Shown piece by piece: positions 29,311-38,548 of a stretch of 64,000 nt of DNA (the first letter of the stretch is position 1; each line of letters begins with the position of its first letter). The position numbers and the translations under genes are program-made. A model generated the notes under the pieces. That model was given only the letters and a program-made list of their open reading frames with translations. It did not search any database and was not told the origin of the DNA. The DNA is from Dehalococcoidia bacterium. Its GTDB lineage: Bacteria; Chloroflexota; Dehalococcoidia; Lucifugimonadales; UBA2962. The stretch spans positions 1,233,427 through 1,297,426 of the forward strand of contig OZ220697.1 of NCBI GenBank assembly GCA_965116605.1, written 5' to 3'.

Positions 29311-29604
29311 ACAGCTTGCCTCCGCTCATTTGACTCGCTGGAACGCCTCATGCGCCAACGCCCGCATGGCCTGTACGACGGGGCCACCCGTGCCGCAATC
29401 TAGACGGCTTGCGTATTTGACTAGTCTGAGTGCCGCAGGTCAAATGACCGAGGCACGCCCACACGGCCAACGCAACCAGTTGTTCCGGCGATGCCAGGGA
29501 TATAAGGTGCCAGGCAACTTGACGGCACTGCTTGCCCCGTGGCCCTCCCGCCAAGCCGCGGGGGGTGGCACGCCCTCTTTACACCCGGACTTAGGTGCCA
29601 GGGG

Positions 29605-30447
29605 TCATGCCGGCGCATAGGCGACGCCAAGGGCACCTGGACCGATGTGGGTGCCCATGACGGCGCTGAACTCTGCGACGTAGATCTCGCGGCAGTCGAT
29701 GGTATCTGAAAGCGCGTCCTCCACAGCCGCCGCTACTTCGGGTACTCCAGCGTGCATAACGCAGACGGTTACAGGCCTACCGCCAACCCCCTTCGCGACC
29801 ATTTTCAACAGGCGCCTGCGCGCGGATCGCAGGGTTCTCGCGGGCATCTTTCGGCTGATACGGCCGTTTGCCAACTCGAAGATGGGCTTGATGGACAACA
29901 GTGAGGCCCCGGCATGAGCAATTCCCGGCACCCTGCCGCCTCTCCACAGGTAGTACATCGTATCGACGTAGGCGGCCAACCGGACTCCTGAAGCCGCGTC
30001 CCTGGCGGCGGACTCTACCTCAGGGAGCGTGGCGCCAGTCGCTGCCGACCGCTGCGCGGCAAGGGTCACAAGGCCCTCTCCTCCAGCTGCGCTACCACAA
30101 TCGAGCACCGAGACCTCGAGTCCGGGATGCCGTCCTCGGGCTAGCTCGGCGGCCAACACGGCCGAGTCGTAAGCGGTGCTGAACCTTCGGGCAACGGTAA
30201 TGCACAGCACGGAGTTGGCTCGCTGCGCGGCCTGCGTCAGGGCCTCGTAGAACGCCTGAGGCGAAGGGGCGGCAGTGGTAGGGGTAGCCGAGCCCTCAGA
30301 GATCGTTCGGTAGAGTTGCGCCGGCGTGAGGTCAACACCGTCCCTGTAGGTCTGCCCGCCGATCAGAACCAGCATGGGAACCAGGATCGGCGCGTCGGCG
30401 TCCCGGTCGATGGGTAGCGATGCCGCGCTGTCGACGACGACAGCCAC
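29605..30447 (-). CDS. DegV-family fatty-acid-binding protein
   Basis: Track ORF runs to 30615, overlapping the upstream gene. DegV homology begins at (V)AVVVDSAASLP, so I use the GTG at 30447, 15 nt after the upstream stop. This gives 281 codons including the stop (280 aa), a typical DegV size. Confidence 0.8.
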   Translation of the reverse strand: MAVVVDSAASLPIDRDADAPILVPMLVLIGGQTYRDGVDLTPAQLYRTISEGSATPTTAAPSPQAFYEALTQAAQRANSVLCITVARRFSTAYDSAVLAAELARGRHPGLEVSVLDCGSAAGGEGLVTLAAQRSAATGATLPEVESAARDAASGVRLAAYVDTMYYLWRGGRVPGIAHAGASLLSIKPIFELANGRISRKMPARTLRSARRRLLKMVAKGVGGRPVTVCVMHAGVPEVAAAVEDALSDTIDCREIYVAEFSAVMGTHIGPGALGVAYAPA

Positions 30448-30461
30448 GTGCTTGCCCGCCG

Positions 30462-31454
30462 CTATCTGGTCAGGGACCTGATGCTCTTTCGGGCGGCGCG
30501 GGCTATCTCGGTAGGGCTCGTTCCGAACAGGGCGGGCGCAAACAGCACGATCAATGAAAGAGCGGCAAAGCCGAAGACCGCCATTTGGCCAACGCCGCCC
30601 TGGTAACTGACCCACGCCAGCACCACCATGGAGGGAGCCGTAATTGCAAGCAGGGCGACCCTCACCGCTCGCCTACCAACCCGGAAGAATACTGCAGTAG
30701 CTATCGCTAGTATCAGGAAAACGATTGCTGCGCTGCTGTCTACCTCCTGAAGAGACCGGCCGACGCGTTCGCCCGACGTGGCGAACAGTTCTTCGTTGTC
30801 ATAAAAGTAAAGGAACCAGTAGGCCAGAAACGGTATCGGCAGCACCGTGAGGGAGGCCATAAGCCAGTCCTTACGGGCAACCCGCGAAACGATTCGAATC
30901 ACGATCCACAACGATATGCCTATGTACAGGAGCGAGCCGAAGTAGATCGGTATCCCGAATGGCAGCGTACCGGTTGTGATGATGCCCCAAGCTCCGTAGC
31001 CGACCGCGCTCATGGCCAGTCCCCAGGAAATGAGGGGAACCATCAGGCAGTACCCCAACCAGGGGAACGTCCAGGTCGGACGTCCGGCCCGCCAACCCAG
31101 GACGCTGATGATCAGGGCTAGTCCCAGCAGCAGAGACACCCAGACAGGAGCGGTCCAGATGTGGAGCGCAAACATCAGAGACAGCAGTACATGCGGGAGG
31201 GCTGCCAGACCGGCGTGGTACCAAGACCTCCGGCTGTGTACCTCGTAGAGGCCACTGGCGATAGTCCGCGATTCCCCCATCTCCTGCATCGCCTGCCTGA
31301 GCGCCTCGTCTATGGAAAGACCCGTGTCCGCCAGTTCTTGCGCACGGTCCTCTATGTGGCTCTGCAGCTCCCGCAGGATCTCGCCCTTTTGAGAGGGCTC
31401 CAGGTGCAGGTGCTCACTGAGCTCTGCAAGATAGCCACGAATGGGGTGAGTCAT
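30462..31454 (-). CDS. membrane protein with N-terminal HAAS/DUF1700-like helical module
   Basis: The N-terminal ~70 aa (IRGYLAELSEHLHLEPSQKGEILRELQSHIEDRAQELADTGLSIDEALRQAMQEMG) is followed by at least 7 hydrophobic helices. It lies immediately downstream of a PadR gene. Confidence 0.7.
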   Translation of the reverse strand: MTHPIRGYLAELSEHLHLEPSQKGEILRELQSHIEDRAQELADTGLSIDEALRQAMQEMGESRTIASGLYEVHSRRSWYHAGLAALPHVLLSLMFALHIWTAPVWVSLLLGLALIISVLGWRAGRPTWTFPWLGYCLMVPLISWGLAMSAVGYGAWGIITTGTLPFGIPIYFGSLLYIGISLWIVIRIVSRVARKDWLMASLTVLPIPFLAYWFLYFYDNEELFATSGERVGRSLQEVDSSAAIVFLILAIATAVFFRVGRRAVRVALLAITAPSMVVLAWVSYQGGVGQMAVFGFAALSLIVLFAPALFGTSPTEIARAARKSIRSLTR

Positions 31455-31480
31455 CGAGCCGATGGGCCTCCCTTGACTCG

Positions 31481-31813
31481 CTATCCGGAGCTTGATCGGG
31501 CCACGGAGTCAACGGCCCGACTGAACTGAGTCCACTCCTTGAGCATCGATTCCAGGCGTTTCTGGCCCTTAGCGGTGATGTAGTAGTAGCGCCGGTTTTG
31601 ACCGCTGGGCGACGTGTCCCAACGACCCTCGACCAGATCCTCTTTTTCAAGCCGGTGGAGAGCGGGATAAAGAGTGCCTTCCTTGAGGCGAAAATATCCG
31701 CTGGACCTGTCCTCGATCTCCTTGACGACCTGATAGCCGTACATCGGCTCACCGGCCAAAAGAGAGAGTAGGAGCGTCTCGGTGCTTCCCTTTAGCAGTT
31801 CGCGGCGGTACAA
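31481..31813 (-). CDS. PadR-family transcriptional regulator
   Basis: LLLSLLAGEPMYGYQVVKEIEDRSSGYFRLKEGTLYPALHRLEKEDLVEGRW is a canonical PadR wHTH. Confidence 0.9.
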   Translation of the reverse strand: MYRRELLKGSTETLLLSLLAGEPMYGYQVVKEIEDRSSGYFRLKEGTLYPALHRLEKEDLVEGRWDTSPSGQNRRYYYITAKGQKRLESMLKEWTQFSRAVDSVARSSSG

Positions 31814-32069
31814 GGCCCTCGACCCCTAGTCATGGTTTTTCGACGTCTGCGCATCGCAATGCCCAATGCCGGGTTGGTCACGTCGATCTGCGACTCACCA
31901 CGTTGTCTAACATAAGCGTTGATTGTCCGTCAATGATCGGCCCGAACCTCCCGCCCGTATGCACTGGACAATTCATACGTCATGTAGAATTACCCGATGG
32001 CCGGGTGCAGCTAGGAACGCCTATGGCTCCACGACAAAACCGGCGCAAGTCGAGTAAAGGTCAGGACAA

Positions 32070-33263
32070 GTGATGGCGGGACTTAGGGAGGTCGGGTCAC
32101 TGTCAAGGTTGCCCGGAATGCGAACTTTCCTGCCCGAGGCAAGCAAGAGCGCTCTTGCGGCCTCGGATAGGGCGCTGTCGTTCCTCGCCGAAGCCGGTTT
32201 CCAACGCGTAGACACCCCCATCCTGGAGGACTCAGACCTGTTCGCACGAAAGGGCGGAGGAGAGATGACAGGCTTGCTATACACCTTTAGCGAGCCAGAT
32301 GGCAGGAGGCTGAGCCTTAGACCGGAGTTCACAACCTCCATCATCCGCATGTACGTGGAGAGTGACGGCCTGGCCCTGCCTCTGCGCTGGAGCTATGCGG
32401 GCCCCGTCTTTCGGTTTGACCGGGCTGGGGGCGGCCGCTGCCGCCAATTCATACAAGTCGGCGCAGAGATCATAGGGGACTATTCGTCGAGGTCGGACGC
32501 AGAGGTCATCGGCTCGGCGATAGAGGGTCTGCAACGCCTTGGCCTACCAAGTACCTCGGTGAGGCTAGGCCACGTGGAGACCTTGTCGCGCCTGTTCGCC
32601 GCTTTCGAACTATCCGATTCTGCCCGCAGGTTCGTAACAGGCAACCTCGGCGGCCTAAAGCGCGGCCGAACGACCGCCGGGCGACTCTTGGAAAGGGCCA
32701 GAGAAGCCGGCCTGGTCGACGAGGAGACCCCGTCGATTGACGGCTGGGGTGCAAAGCGCGCGCGCGAGGCGCTGCAACTTCTGATCCTGGAGGAGGGGGC
32801 ACGGGGCCCGATGGGCAGGCGCACCGCCGAGGAGATCATGGCCCGGCTTGAGAGGAAAAGTGGCCAGTCTCGGGATCCCGTCGAAATGGGCAGGGCGCTG
32901 GACCTGGCCTCGCGGCTGGTCGGGCTGGAAGGACCGGCGTCGCAAACCATAGCGGATGCCAGAGCTGTAGCCTCCCGCTCGGGGACCAGGACGGACGCCT
33001 TGGATCCCCTCGAAGAGTTGGTCGAGGCCCTGGCCGAGTCGGGGATCGGCACAGATACGCTCGTCATAGACATGGGCATGGCAAGGGGAATGGCCTACTA
33101 CACGGGGGCATTATTCGATCTGGCGGCAGGGCAGGGGGCGGGAACGCTGGGCGGCGGCGGTCGCTACGATGGGCTAGTTCAGACTCTCGGCGGCCCAGAG
33201 GTGCCAGCGCTGGGCTTTGCCTACGACATGGAGGCGGTCTCCTTGGCCGCACAGCCACTCTAG
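32070..33263 (+). CDS. hisZ: ATP phosphoribosyltransferase regulatory subunit HisZ (HisRS paralogue lacking the anticodon-binding domain)
   Basis: Class-II aaRS-like blocks (LPGMRTFLPEAS, LRPEFT, FRFDRAGGGRCRQFIQVGAEIIG, GGGGRYDGL). The protein ends just after motif 3. Its stop abuts the hisG ATG. Confidence 0.8.
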   Translation: MMAGLREVGSLSRLPGMRTFLPEASKSALAASDRALSFLAEAGFQRVDTPILEDSDLFARKGGGEMTGLLYTFSEPDGRRLSLRPEFTTSIIRMYVESDGLALPLRWSYAGPVFRFDRAGGGRCRQFIQVGAEIIGDYSSRSDAEVIGSAIEGLQRLGLPSTSVRLGHVETLSRLFAAFELSDSARRFVTGNLGGLKRGRTTAGRLLERAREAGLVDEETPSIDGWGAKRAREALQLLILEEGARGPMGRRTAEEIMARLERKSGQSRDPVEMGRALDLASRLVGLEGPASQTIADARAVASRSGTRTDALDPLEELVEALAESGIGTDTLVIDMGMARGMAYYTGALFDLAAGQGAGTLGGGGRYDGLVQTLGGPEVPALGFAYDMEAVSLAAQPL

Positions 33264-34268
33264 ATGTTGCGGCTCGGCATACCCAGCGACGGCGCGCTGC
33301 ACGAGCCTTCGATGCGTTTCATGGCATCCTGCGGCCTTGCCGTTGCCCGTCCCAACCCACGCAGTTACACGGGTCAGATCCGAGCACTCGCTCGCGCGGT
33401 CGTGCATTTTCAGCGAGCGGCCGATATCACGGGCAAGGTGGAAGAGGCAAGCATCGACGCTGGAATCGTGGGCTTTGACAGATATTCGGAGAGCCGACGT
33501 GGCGGGGACGAGGCGGTGTTGATATTTGATGAACTGGGCTTTGGAGGCTGCTCCCTGGTGCTCGCCGTGCCCGAGGCATGGGTGGACGTTTCGTCCGTCG
33601 CCGATCTCGCCGAGGTGTCAGCGGACTTTCGCGCCGCCGGCAAGGACCTTAAGGTGGCGACCAAGTTCCCCAGACTCGTTGAGCAATTCTTGCTGAACAT
33701 GGGAGTCAACTACTTCTCGCTGGTATCGACGAGCGGCGCGTTGGAGGCTGCGCCGGTGATGGGATACGCCGACATGATCGCCGACATCACCTCGTCGGGC
33801 ACCACCCTCAAGGAAAACCGGCTCAAGACGGTTCAGGGTGGCACCATCCTGAAATCCCAGGCCTGCCTGATCGTAAACCCGATCTCGGTGGCAGAGGACC
33901 CCGACAGGCTTTCGATAGTGCGATCGATGATCGACATGATTGAGGGCCATATACAGGCTCAGGGACTCTACACTGTCACCGCGGACGTGCTTGGCGAGAG
34001 CGAGGAGAAGGTCGCACGCAGGCTGCTCGATAGCCAGTATCTGGCGGGCTTGAGGGGACCCACTATTTCTCGCGTATACACGGATGACGGCGACCGACTC
34101 TTCACTGTGACGGTAGTCGTCGGACGCGAAAAACTCTTGGAGGCGGTAGCTTACCTGCGGGGGCTCGGCGGGGGCAGCGTCAGCGTGCTGGGCACCGACT
34201 ATGTCTTCCACGGTGAATCAGAGGCACGCAGGCGCTTGGAGGCCAGCACGACCAAAGGCCGGCATTAG
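33264..34268 (+). CDS. hisG: ATP phosphoribosyltransferase, long form with C-terminal regulatory domain
   Basis: MLRLGIPSDGAL start and DITSSGTTLKEN P-loop-like block. It also has a ~100-aa tail (GLRGPTISRVY...FTVTVVVGREKLLEAVAYLRGLGGGSVSVL) that resembles HisG_C. Confidence 0.9.
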   Translation: MLRLGIPSDGALHEPSMRFMASCGLAVARPNPRSYTGQIRALARAVVHFQRAADITGKVEEASIDAGIVGFDRYSESRRGGDEAVLIFDELGFGGCSLVLAVPEAWVDVSSVADLAEVSADFRAAGKDLKVATKFPRLVEQFLLNMGVNYFSLVSTSGALEAAPVMGYADMIADITSSGTTLKENRLKTVQGGTILKSQACLIVNPISVAEDPDRLSIVRSMIDMIEGHIQAQGLYTVTADVLGESEEKVARRLLDSQYLAGLRGPTISRVYTDDGDRLFTVTVVVGREKLLEAVAYLRGLGGGSVSVLGTDYVFHGESEARRRLEASTTKGRH

Positions 34269-34272
34269 ACCG

Positions 34273-35091
34273 GTGCCCAACCTTCCGACCCATATTGAGG
34301 TCGCCTGGCGAGCCGCCTGCGAGATCAAAGATCCCCGCATTACAGATAATCTGGGCAGCTATCTACTGGGCGCGACATCGCCAGATGTCCGAATAATCAC
34401 CAAGCGGCCCAGGACCGAGACTCACTTTTTTGAGCTTGAATCGGGGCAGGCCGGTGACGGCTCCTTCGGTCTCTTGACCACATATCCGGAGTTGACTTCA
34501 CCTTCTTCAGATGCCCAGGCCTCCTTTGTCGCCGGTTACATCACCCATCTCGTGGCGGACGAGACCTGGATAACGTCAATATACCGGCGCTACTTCGACG
34601 GTACCGGGAAATTCGATTCGATCGCCGCCGCACAGCTATTCGACAGGGCCGCCCAACTCACCTTGGACAAGGCCAGCGAACCCCGGGTTAGGTCACTGCT
34701 CACCTCAATGGATGAACCCGAGATCGGTCTGGCTGCCGGGCCGATTGACGCCGTCACCCTGTCGCGTTGGCGAGTGTGGGTGCTGGACTTTCTGTCCGAC
34801 GCTCGTCCCTATTCCTGGCAGAGGCTACGCCACATGGCTGGCCGAATCTCAGGCCATGATTCACAGCACCCGGTGCATCAATTGGCGGAACTATTCCTGA
34901 CGGATGTGCACGGCGGGTTGCAGGACCTGTACGACCGGGTTCCGGAGGCAGAACTCGAACGTTACTTGGAGGTGACTGTGGACAACCTGGTCCGCTCGGT
35001 GACCGAATACCTCCATTCCGGGGACCGGGTCGTACAGGTCAGAGAGACGACCTGGCCCGGGTTCCACCGCGGCCGGAGTACAGTGAATTGA
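34273..35091 (+). CDS. zinc-dependent phospholipase C-like domain protein
   Basis: Track ORF starts at 34201, overlapping hisG. The GTG at 34273 gives (M)PNLPTHIEVAW. YLLGATSPDV and GYITHLVADETW are blocks of the PLC-like zinc family. Its stop overlaps the hisD TTG start. Confidence 0.6.
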   Translation: MPNLPTHIEVAWRAACEIKDPRITDNLGSYLLGATSPDVRIITKRPRTETHFFELESGQAGDGSFGLLTTYPELTSPSSDAQASFVAGYITHLVADETWITSIYRRYFDGTGKFDSIAAAQLFDRAAQLTLDKASEPRVRSLLTSMDEPEIGLAAGPIDAVTLSRWRVWVLDFLSDARPYSWQRLRHMAGRISGHDSQHPVHQLAELFLTDVHGGLQDLYDRVPEAELERYLEVTVDNLVRSVTEYLHSGDRVVQVRETTWPGFHRGRSTVN

Positions 35092-36410
35092 GGACCGTCC
35101 AGGGCATGGCGGAGGCGCGCCGCATTCTGCTCGAGAGCCGGGGATTGGACCTGGAGTCCGTGCCTGAGTCCATCTCCCAGGGAATAGCGGACACTTTCGG
35201 CGAGCCTCTAGCGCCGGTTGAAGTGGTGGATCGCATAGTCTCCCGAGTAAGGCGCGGCGGGGACCTGGCGGTACGAGAATTGACGGAGTTACTGGACGGG
35301 CGGACTCCCGACGGATTCGAAGTCTCCCAATCGGATATCCGTGCGGCCGCCGAAGCAGTACCCGTCGAGCTAGTGGAAGCCCTCAATACGGCCGCCGAGA
35401 GGGTCGAGAAATTCCACAGGATGTCGCTGCCGGCCGGCTGGCACGATTCGGAGGAGGGCTATGGCTCTCTGATTAGGGCTATCGAGCGCGTTGGAATCTA
35501 CGTTCCGGGCGGCACGGCGCCCTATCCATCCACCGTCTTGATGACGGCCATACCTGCCAGGGTCGCCGGGGTAGAGCAGATCTCCATTTGCACCCCAGCC
35601 GCACGTGGGTCGGATCTGCCGGACCCTGCGGTATTGGCGGCCTCCCAGGTAGCGGGAGTCCACCGGGTTTTTGCCGTCGGCGGAGCCCAGGCCGTAGCAG
35701 CTCTGGCTTACGGCACGGAGACGATTCCCAGGGTAGACATGATCTGCGGGCCCGGGAATCTGTTTGTTACCTTGGCCAAGCGGCGGGTATATGGCGACGT
35801 TGGCATCGACGGCCTGTACGGACCTACAGAGACACTCATAGTGGCCGACGAATCGGCGAACGCCACACTTTGCGCCGTCGACTTGCTGGCCCAAGCCGAG
35901 CACGATGAGATGGCGACCCCCGTGTTGGTCACGACGTCGGCGAGCCTGGCGGGCAGGGTGGAAGTTGAATGGAGGAACAGAGTTCAGCGCCTCGAAAGGG
36001 GCGCGACCGCCAGGGCAGCGATGGAGAATCGGGGCACGATCGCGCTCGTAGAGAGCTTGGACGAGGCGGTCGAGCTGTGCAACGCCTTTGCACCCGAGCA
36101 CGCCTCTCTATCGGTTGTGGATCCGGAGTCTGTGCTGCCGATGCTGAGGAACGTGGGAATGGTGTTCGTCGGCGAACATTCGCACGAGGTTCTTGGAGAC
36201 TACGCGGCCGGACCCAGTCACGTCATGCCCACAGCCGGAACGGCACGTTTCGCCTCGGGTCTCGGGGTGCACTCTTTCATAAAGCATGTCCCCGTAGTGG
36301 CTTTGGAACCCGAAAAGTCGTCTGAACTGGGCCTCGTTGCCTCTATAATCGGAAGAGCCGAGGGACTCACCGCCCACGCGGAGGCGGCGGAGGTGCGTGA
36401 GGAACTATAG
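35088..36410 (+). CDS. hisD: histidinol dehydrogenase
   Basis: 440 aa. YVPGGTAPYPSTVLM, GPGNLFV, LLAQAEHD and PEH blocks. The start may instead be the ATG at 35106. Confidence 0.9.
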   Translation: MRTVQGMAEARRILLESRGLDLESVPESISQGIADTFGEPLAPVEVVDRIVSRVRRGGDLAVRELTELLDGRTPDGFEVSQSDIRAAAEAVPVELVEALNTAAERVEKFHRMSLPAGWHDSEEGYGSLIRAIERVGIYVPGGTAPYPSTVLMTAIPARVAGVEQISICTPAARGSDLPDPAVLAASQVAGVHRVFAVGGAQAVAALAYGTETIPRVDMICGPGNLFVTLAKRRVYGDVGIDGLYGPTETLIVADESANATLCAVDLLAQAEHDEMATPVLVTTSASLAGRVEVEWRNRVQRLERGATARAAMENRGTIALVESLDEAVELCNAFAPEHASLSVVDPESVLPMLRNVGMVFVGEHSHEVLGDYAAGPSHVMPTAGTARFASGLGVHSFIKHVPVVALEPEKSSELGLVASIIGRAEGLTAHAEAAEVREEL

Positions 36411-36439
36411 CGGCCAGATCGGACGATGGAACCTTGGAA

Positions 36440-37519
36440 ATGAGTGTCAGAAGGTTAATACGGCAACACCTCGTATCCGTCCAAACGTATGATCCGGTCG
36501 AGCCACCCGAACTGTTGGCCAAGAGAGCCGGCATACCCGAGGACCAGATCGTAAAGCTCAACGGCAACGAGAACCCGAAGCCGCCGCCGCAGAGCGTGCG
36601 GGAAGCGGTGGCCTCGGCGCCGTTCAACCTGTATCCGGACCCTCTCCAGCGAAGGGTCCGGTCGGCCCTGGCCGAATACACGGGACTAGGGGAAGAGAAC
36701 ATAATCGCCGGCGCGGGCAGCGATGAGCTGATCGACCTCCTGTTCCGCCTGTTCATCTCCCCGGGAGACAATATCCTCGACTGCGATCCGACTTTCGCGA
36801 TGTACGGCTTCTGCGCGCGGGTGGCGGGCGGAGCCGTGCGGCTGGCACAGCGAGACGAGTTATTCGATATCGACGTCGATGCGGTGAGAGAGACCATCGA
36901 CGAGCGTACCAAGATCATATTCGTCAGCTCGCCAAACAATCCCACCGGAAATCTGGCAACCCCGGAGCAGGTCGTATCGCTCTTGGAGACCGGCCTGATC
37001 GTAGTGGTCGATGAAGCCTACTACGAGTTCTGCAACGTAACGGCAGCAGACATGATCCCCGACTACGACAACCTGGTCGTGCTGCGCTCCATGAGCAAGT
37101 GGGGAGGACTGGCCGGGCTGCGAGTCGGGTACGGGATGATGAGCCAGGAACTCGTTCAGCACGTCATCGACGTGAAATCGCCGTACAACCTGAGCGTGAC
37201 CTCGGAGGCGGCGCTTGTGGCTTCCCTCAAGGAGGCGCCAACGCTGATGACGGAGGTGCAGCGCATCGTCAAAGAGCGTGGGCGAATGTTCGATCTACTG
37301 TCGACAATACCGGGTGTCACGCCTTGGCCATCGGCTGGCAATTTCATCCTGTGCCAGTTCGAGCCCGGGCGGGCGGCGGAGGTCTACGACGGACTGGCCG
37401 GGCGCGGTATCTTCGTACGCAAATTCGGATCAAAGCGCCTCCAAGACCATTTCCGGGTCTCCGTAGGCACCTCCGATCAGACCGATCGGCTAATCGACGC
37501 ACTCAAGGAGCTTGTTTAA
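36440..37519 (+). CDS. hisC: histidinol-phosphate aminotransferase
   Basis: LNGNENP, NPNNPTG and RSMSKWGGLAGLRVGY (PLP Lys) blocks. ATG at 36440; the track lists TTG at 36434. Confidence 0.9.
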   Translation: MSVRRLIRQHLVSVQTYDPVEPPELLAKRAGIPEDQIVKLNGNENPKPPPQSVREAVASAPFNLYPDPLQRRVRSALAEYTGLGEENIIAGAGSDELIDLLFRLFISPGDNILDCDPTFAMYGFCARVAGGAVRLAQRDELFDIDVDAVRETIDERTKIIFVSSPNNPTGNLATPEQVVSLLETGLIVVVDEAYYEFCNVTAADMIPDYDNLVVLRSMSKWGGLAGLRVGYGMMSQELVQHVIDVKSPYNLSVTSEAALVASLKEAPTLMTEVQRIVKERGRMFDLLSTIPGVTPWPSAGNFILCQFEPGRAAEVYDGLAGRGIFVRKFGSKRLQDHFRVSVGTSDQTDRLIDALKELV

Positions 37520-38123
37520 CACGGTGGCATCACGGGTTTCGGAACAACGCCGGGAGACGGGGGAAACGCAGGTCTCAATAAGGCTCGACATAGACGGAAC
37601 GGGTAGGTACGAACTCGATACTGGCAATGGCATGTTCGACCACCTGCTCGCCCAGCTTTCCCGTCATGGTTTGATGGACCTGACCGTCAAGGCCAGAGGG
37701 GACATCGAGGTGGGCTGGCACCATCTGGTGGAGGACACGGGCCTTGTTCTCGGGCGGGCGATGCGAGAGGCCGTAGGAGATGGAGTTGGCATCGTGCGCA
37801 TGGCCCACGCGTACGCCCCTCTAGACGAGGCGCTGGCACGGGCGGTGGTGGATTTTTCCGGACGCGGATACTCCGTACTTGATCTCAATTTGGGCGATAG
37901 CGACCTTGGCGACCTATCAGGCGATCTGGTGCGCCATTTCCTAGAGAGCCTGGCGAGGGAGGGCGGTTTCAACCTGCACATCCAAGTCCTCGCCGGCAAG
38001 AACAACCACCACAAGGCCGAGGCGGCCTTTAAGGCCACGGCCCGCGCCGCGCGCGCCGCGCTGACTACGGATGAGCGCCTGGGCAACCGGGTCGCCAGCA
38101 CCAAGGGCACGATCAGCGACTAG
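37512..38123 (+). CDS. hisB: imidazoleglycerol-phosphate dehydratase
   Basis: RETGETQVSIRLDIDG, HHLVEDTG and NNHHKAEAAFKA blocks. The start is uncertain (TTG at 37512 or GTG at 37524). Confidence 0.9.
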   Translation: MFNTVASRVSEQRRETGETQVSIRLDIDGTGRYELDTGNGMFDHLLAQLSRHGLMDLTVKARGDIEVGWHHLVEDTGLVLGRAMREAVGDGVGIVRMAHAYAPLDEALARAVVDFSGRGYSVLDLNLGDSDLGDLSGDLVRHFLESLAREGGFNLHIQVLAGKNNHHKAEAAFKATARAARAALTTDERLGNRVASTKGTISD

Positions 38124-38245
38124 CTTTCGGAAGGCCCTACTCCGGGGTGTTCAAGCGGCGGCGTGACGGCTGCCCCATCGAAGAGACGAGTTTTGGATCC
38201 TCGACCTTCGAGCCCGGTTCCTGCCTCAAGCTTGCCGGGGTCGGC

Positions 38246-38509
38246 TTAAGACGTCTGGACCTCCTGCAGTTCGAAACGGTACTGCTCGACAACTGGATTG
38301 GCTAACAGCCTGTCGCACATCTCTTTGACCGTGCCGCGGGCTGTCGCCTCATCCTCCTGGTCAAACCTTATCTCCAGGTATTTTCCGGCACGCACGCTGT
38401 CAACTGAGCCGAAGCCGAGCAGATGTAGACCACCACGTATCGTAAGGCCTTGGGGGTCATTAACGGTGGGCTTGAGGGTTACGTAAACGCGCGCCACAAA
38501 CGTCGACAT
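38246..38509 (-). CDS. purS: phosphoribosylformylglycinamidine synthase subunit PurS
   Basis: 87 aa. VYVTLKPTVNDPQG and ANPVVEQYRFEL are typical of PurS. Confidence 0.9.
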   Translation of the reverse strand: MSTFVARVYVTLKPTVNDPQGLTIRGGLHLLGFGSVDSVRAGKYLEIRFDQEDEATARGTVKEMCDRLLANPVVEQYRFELQEVQTS

Positions 38510-38548
38510 GGAAGGGACTGGTTCTGCCTCCTGCGGCGATCCTGGGCG

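Noticed and set aside
29311-29604. 294-bp gap between the PTER-like gene and DegV, with repeated ATTTGACT and an ATTTGAC-N17-GTCAAAT inverted repeat
   Set aside because: Probably just promoter and terminator space for the PTER-like gene. The motifs are short enough to occur by chance and I could not tie them to a regulator.
30448-30615. N-terminal 56 aa of the track ORF for DegV
   Set aside because: It overlaps the C-terminal coding region of the upstream membrane protein in another frame. DegV homology starts at VAVVVDSA.
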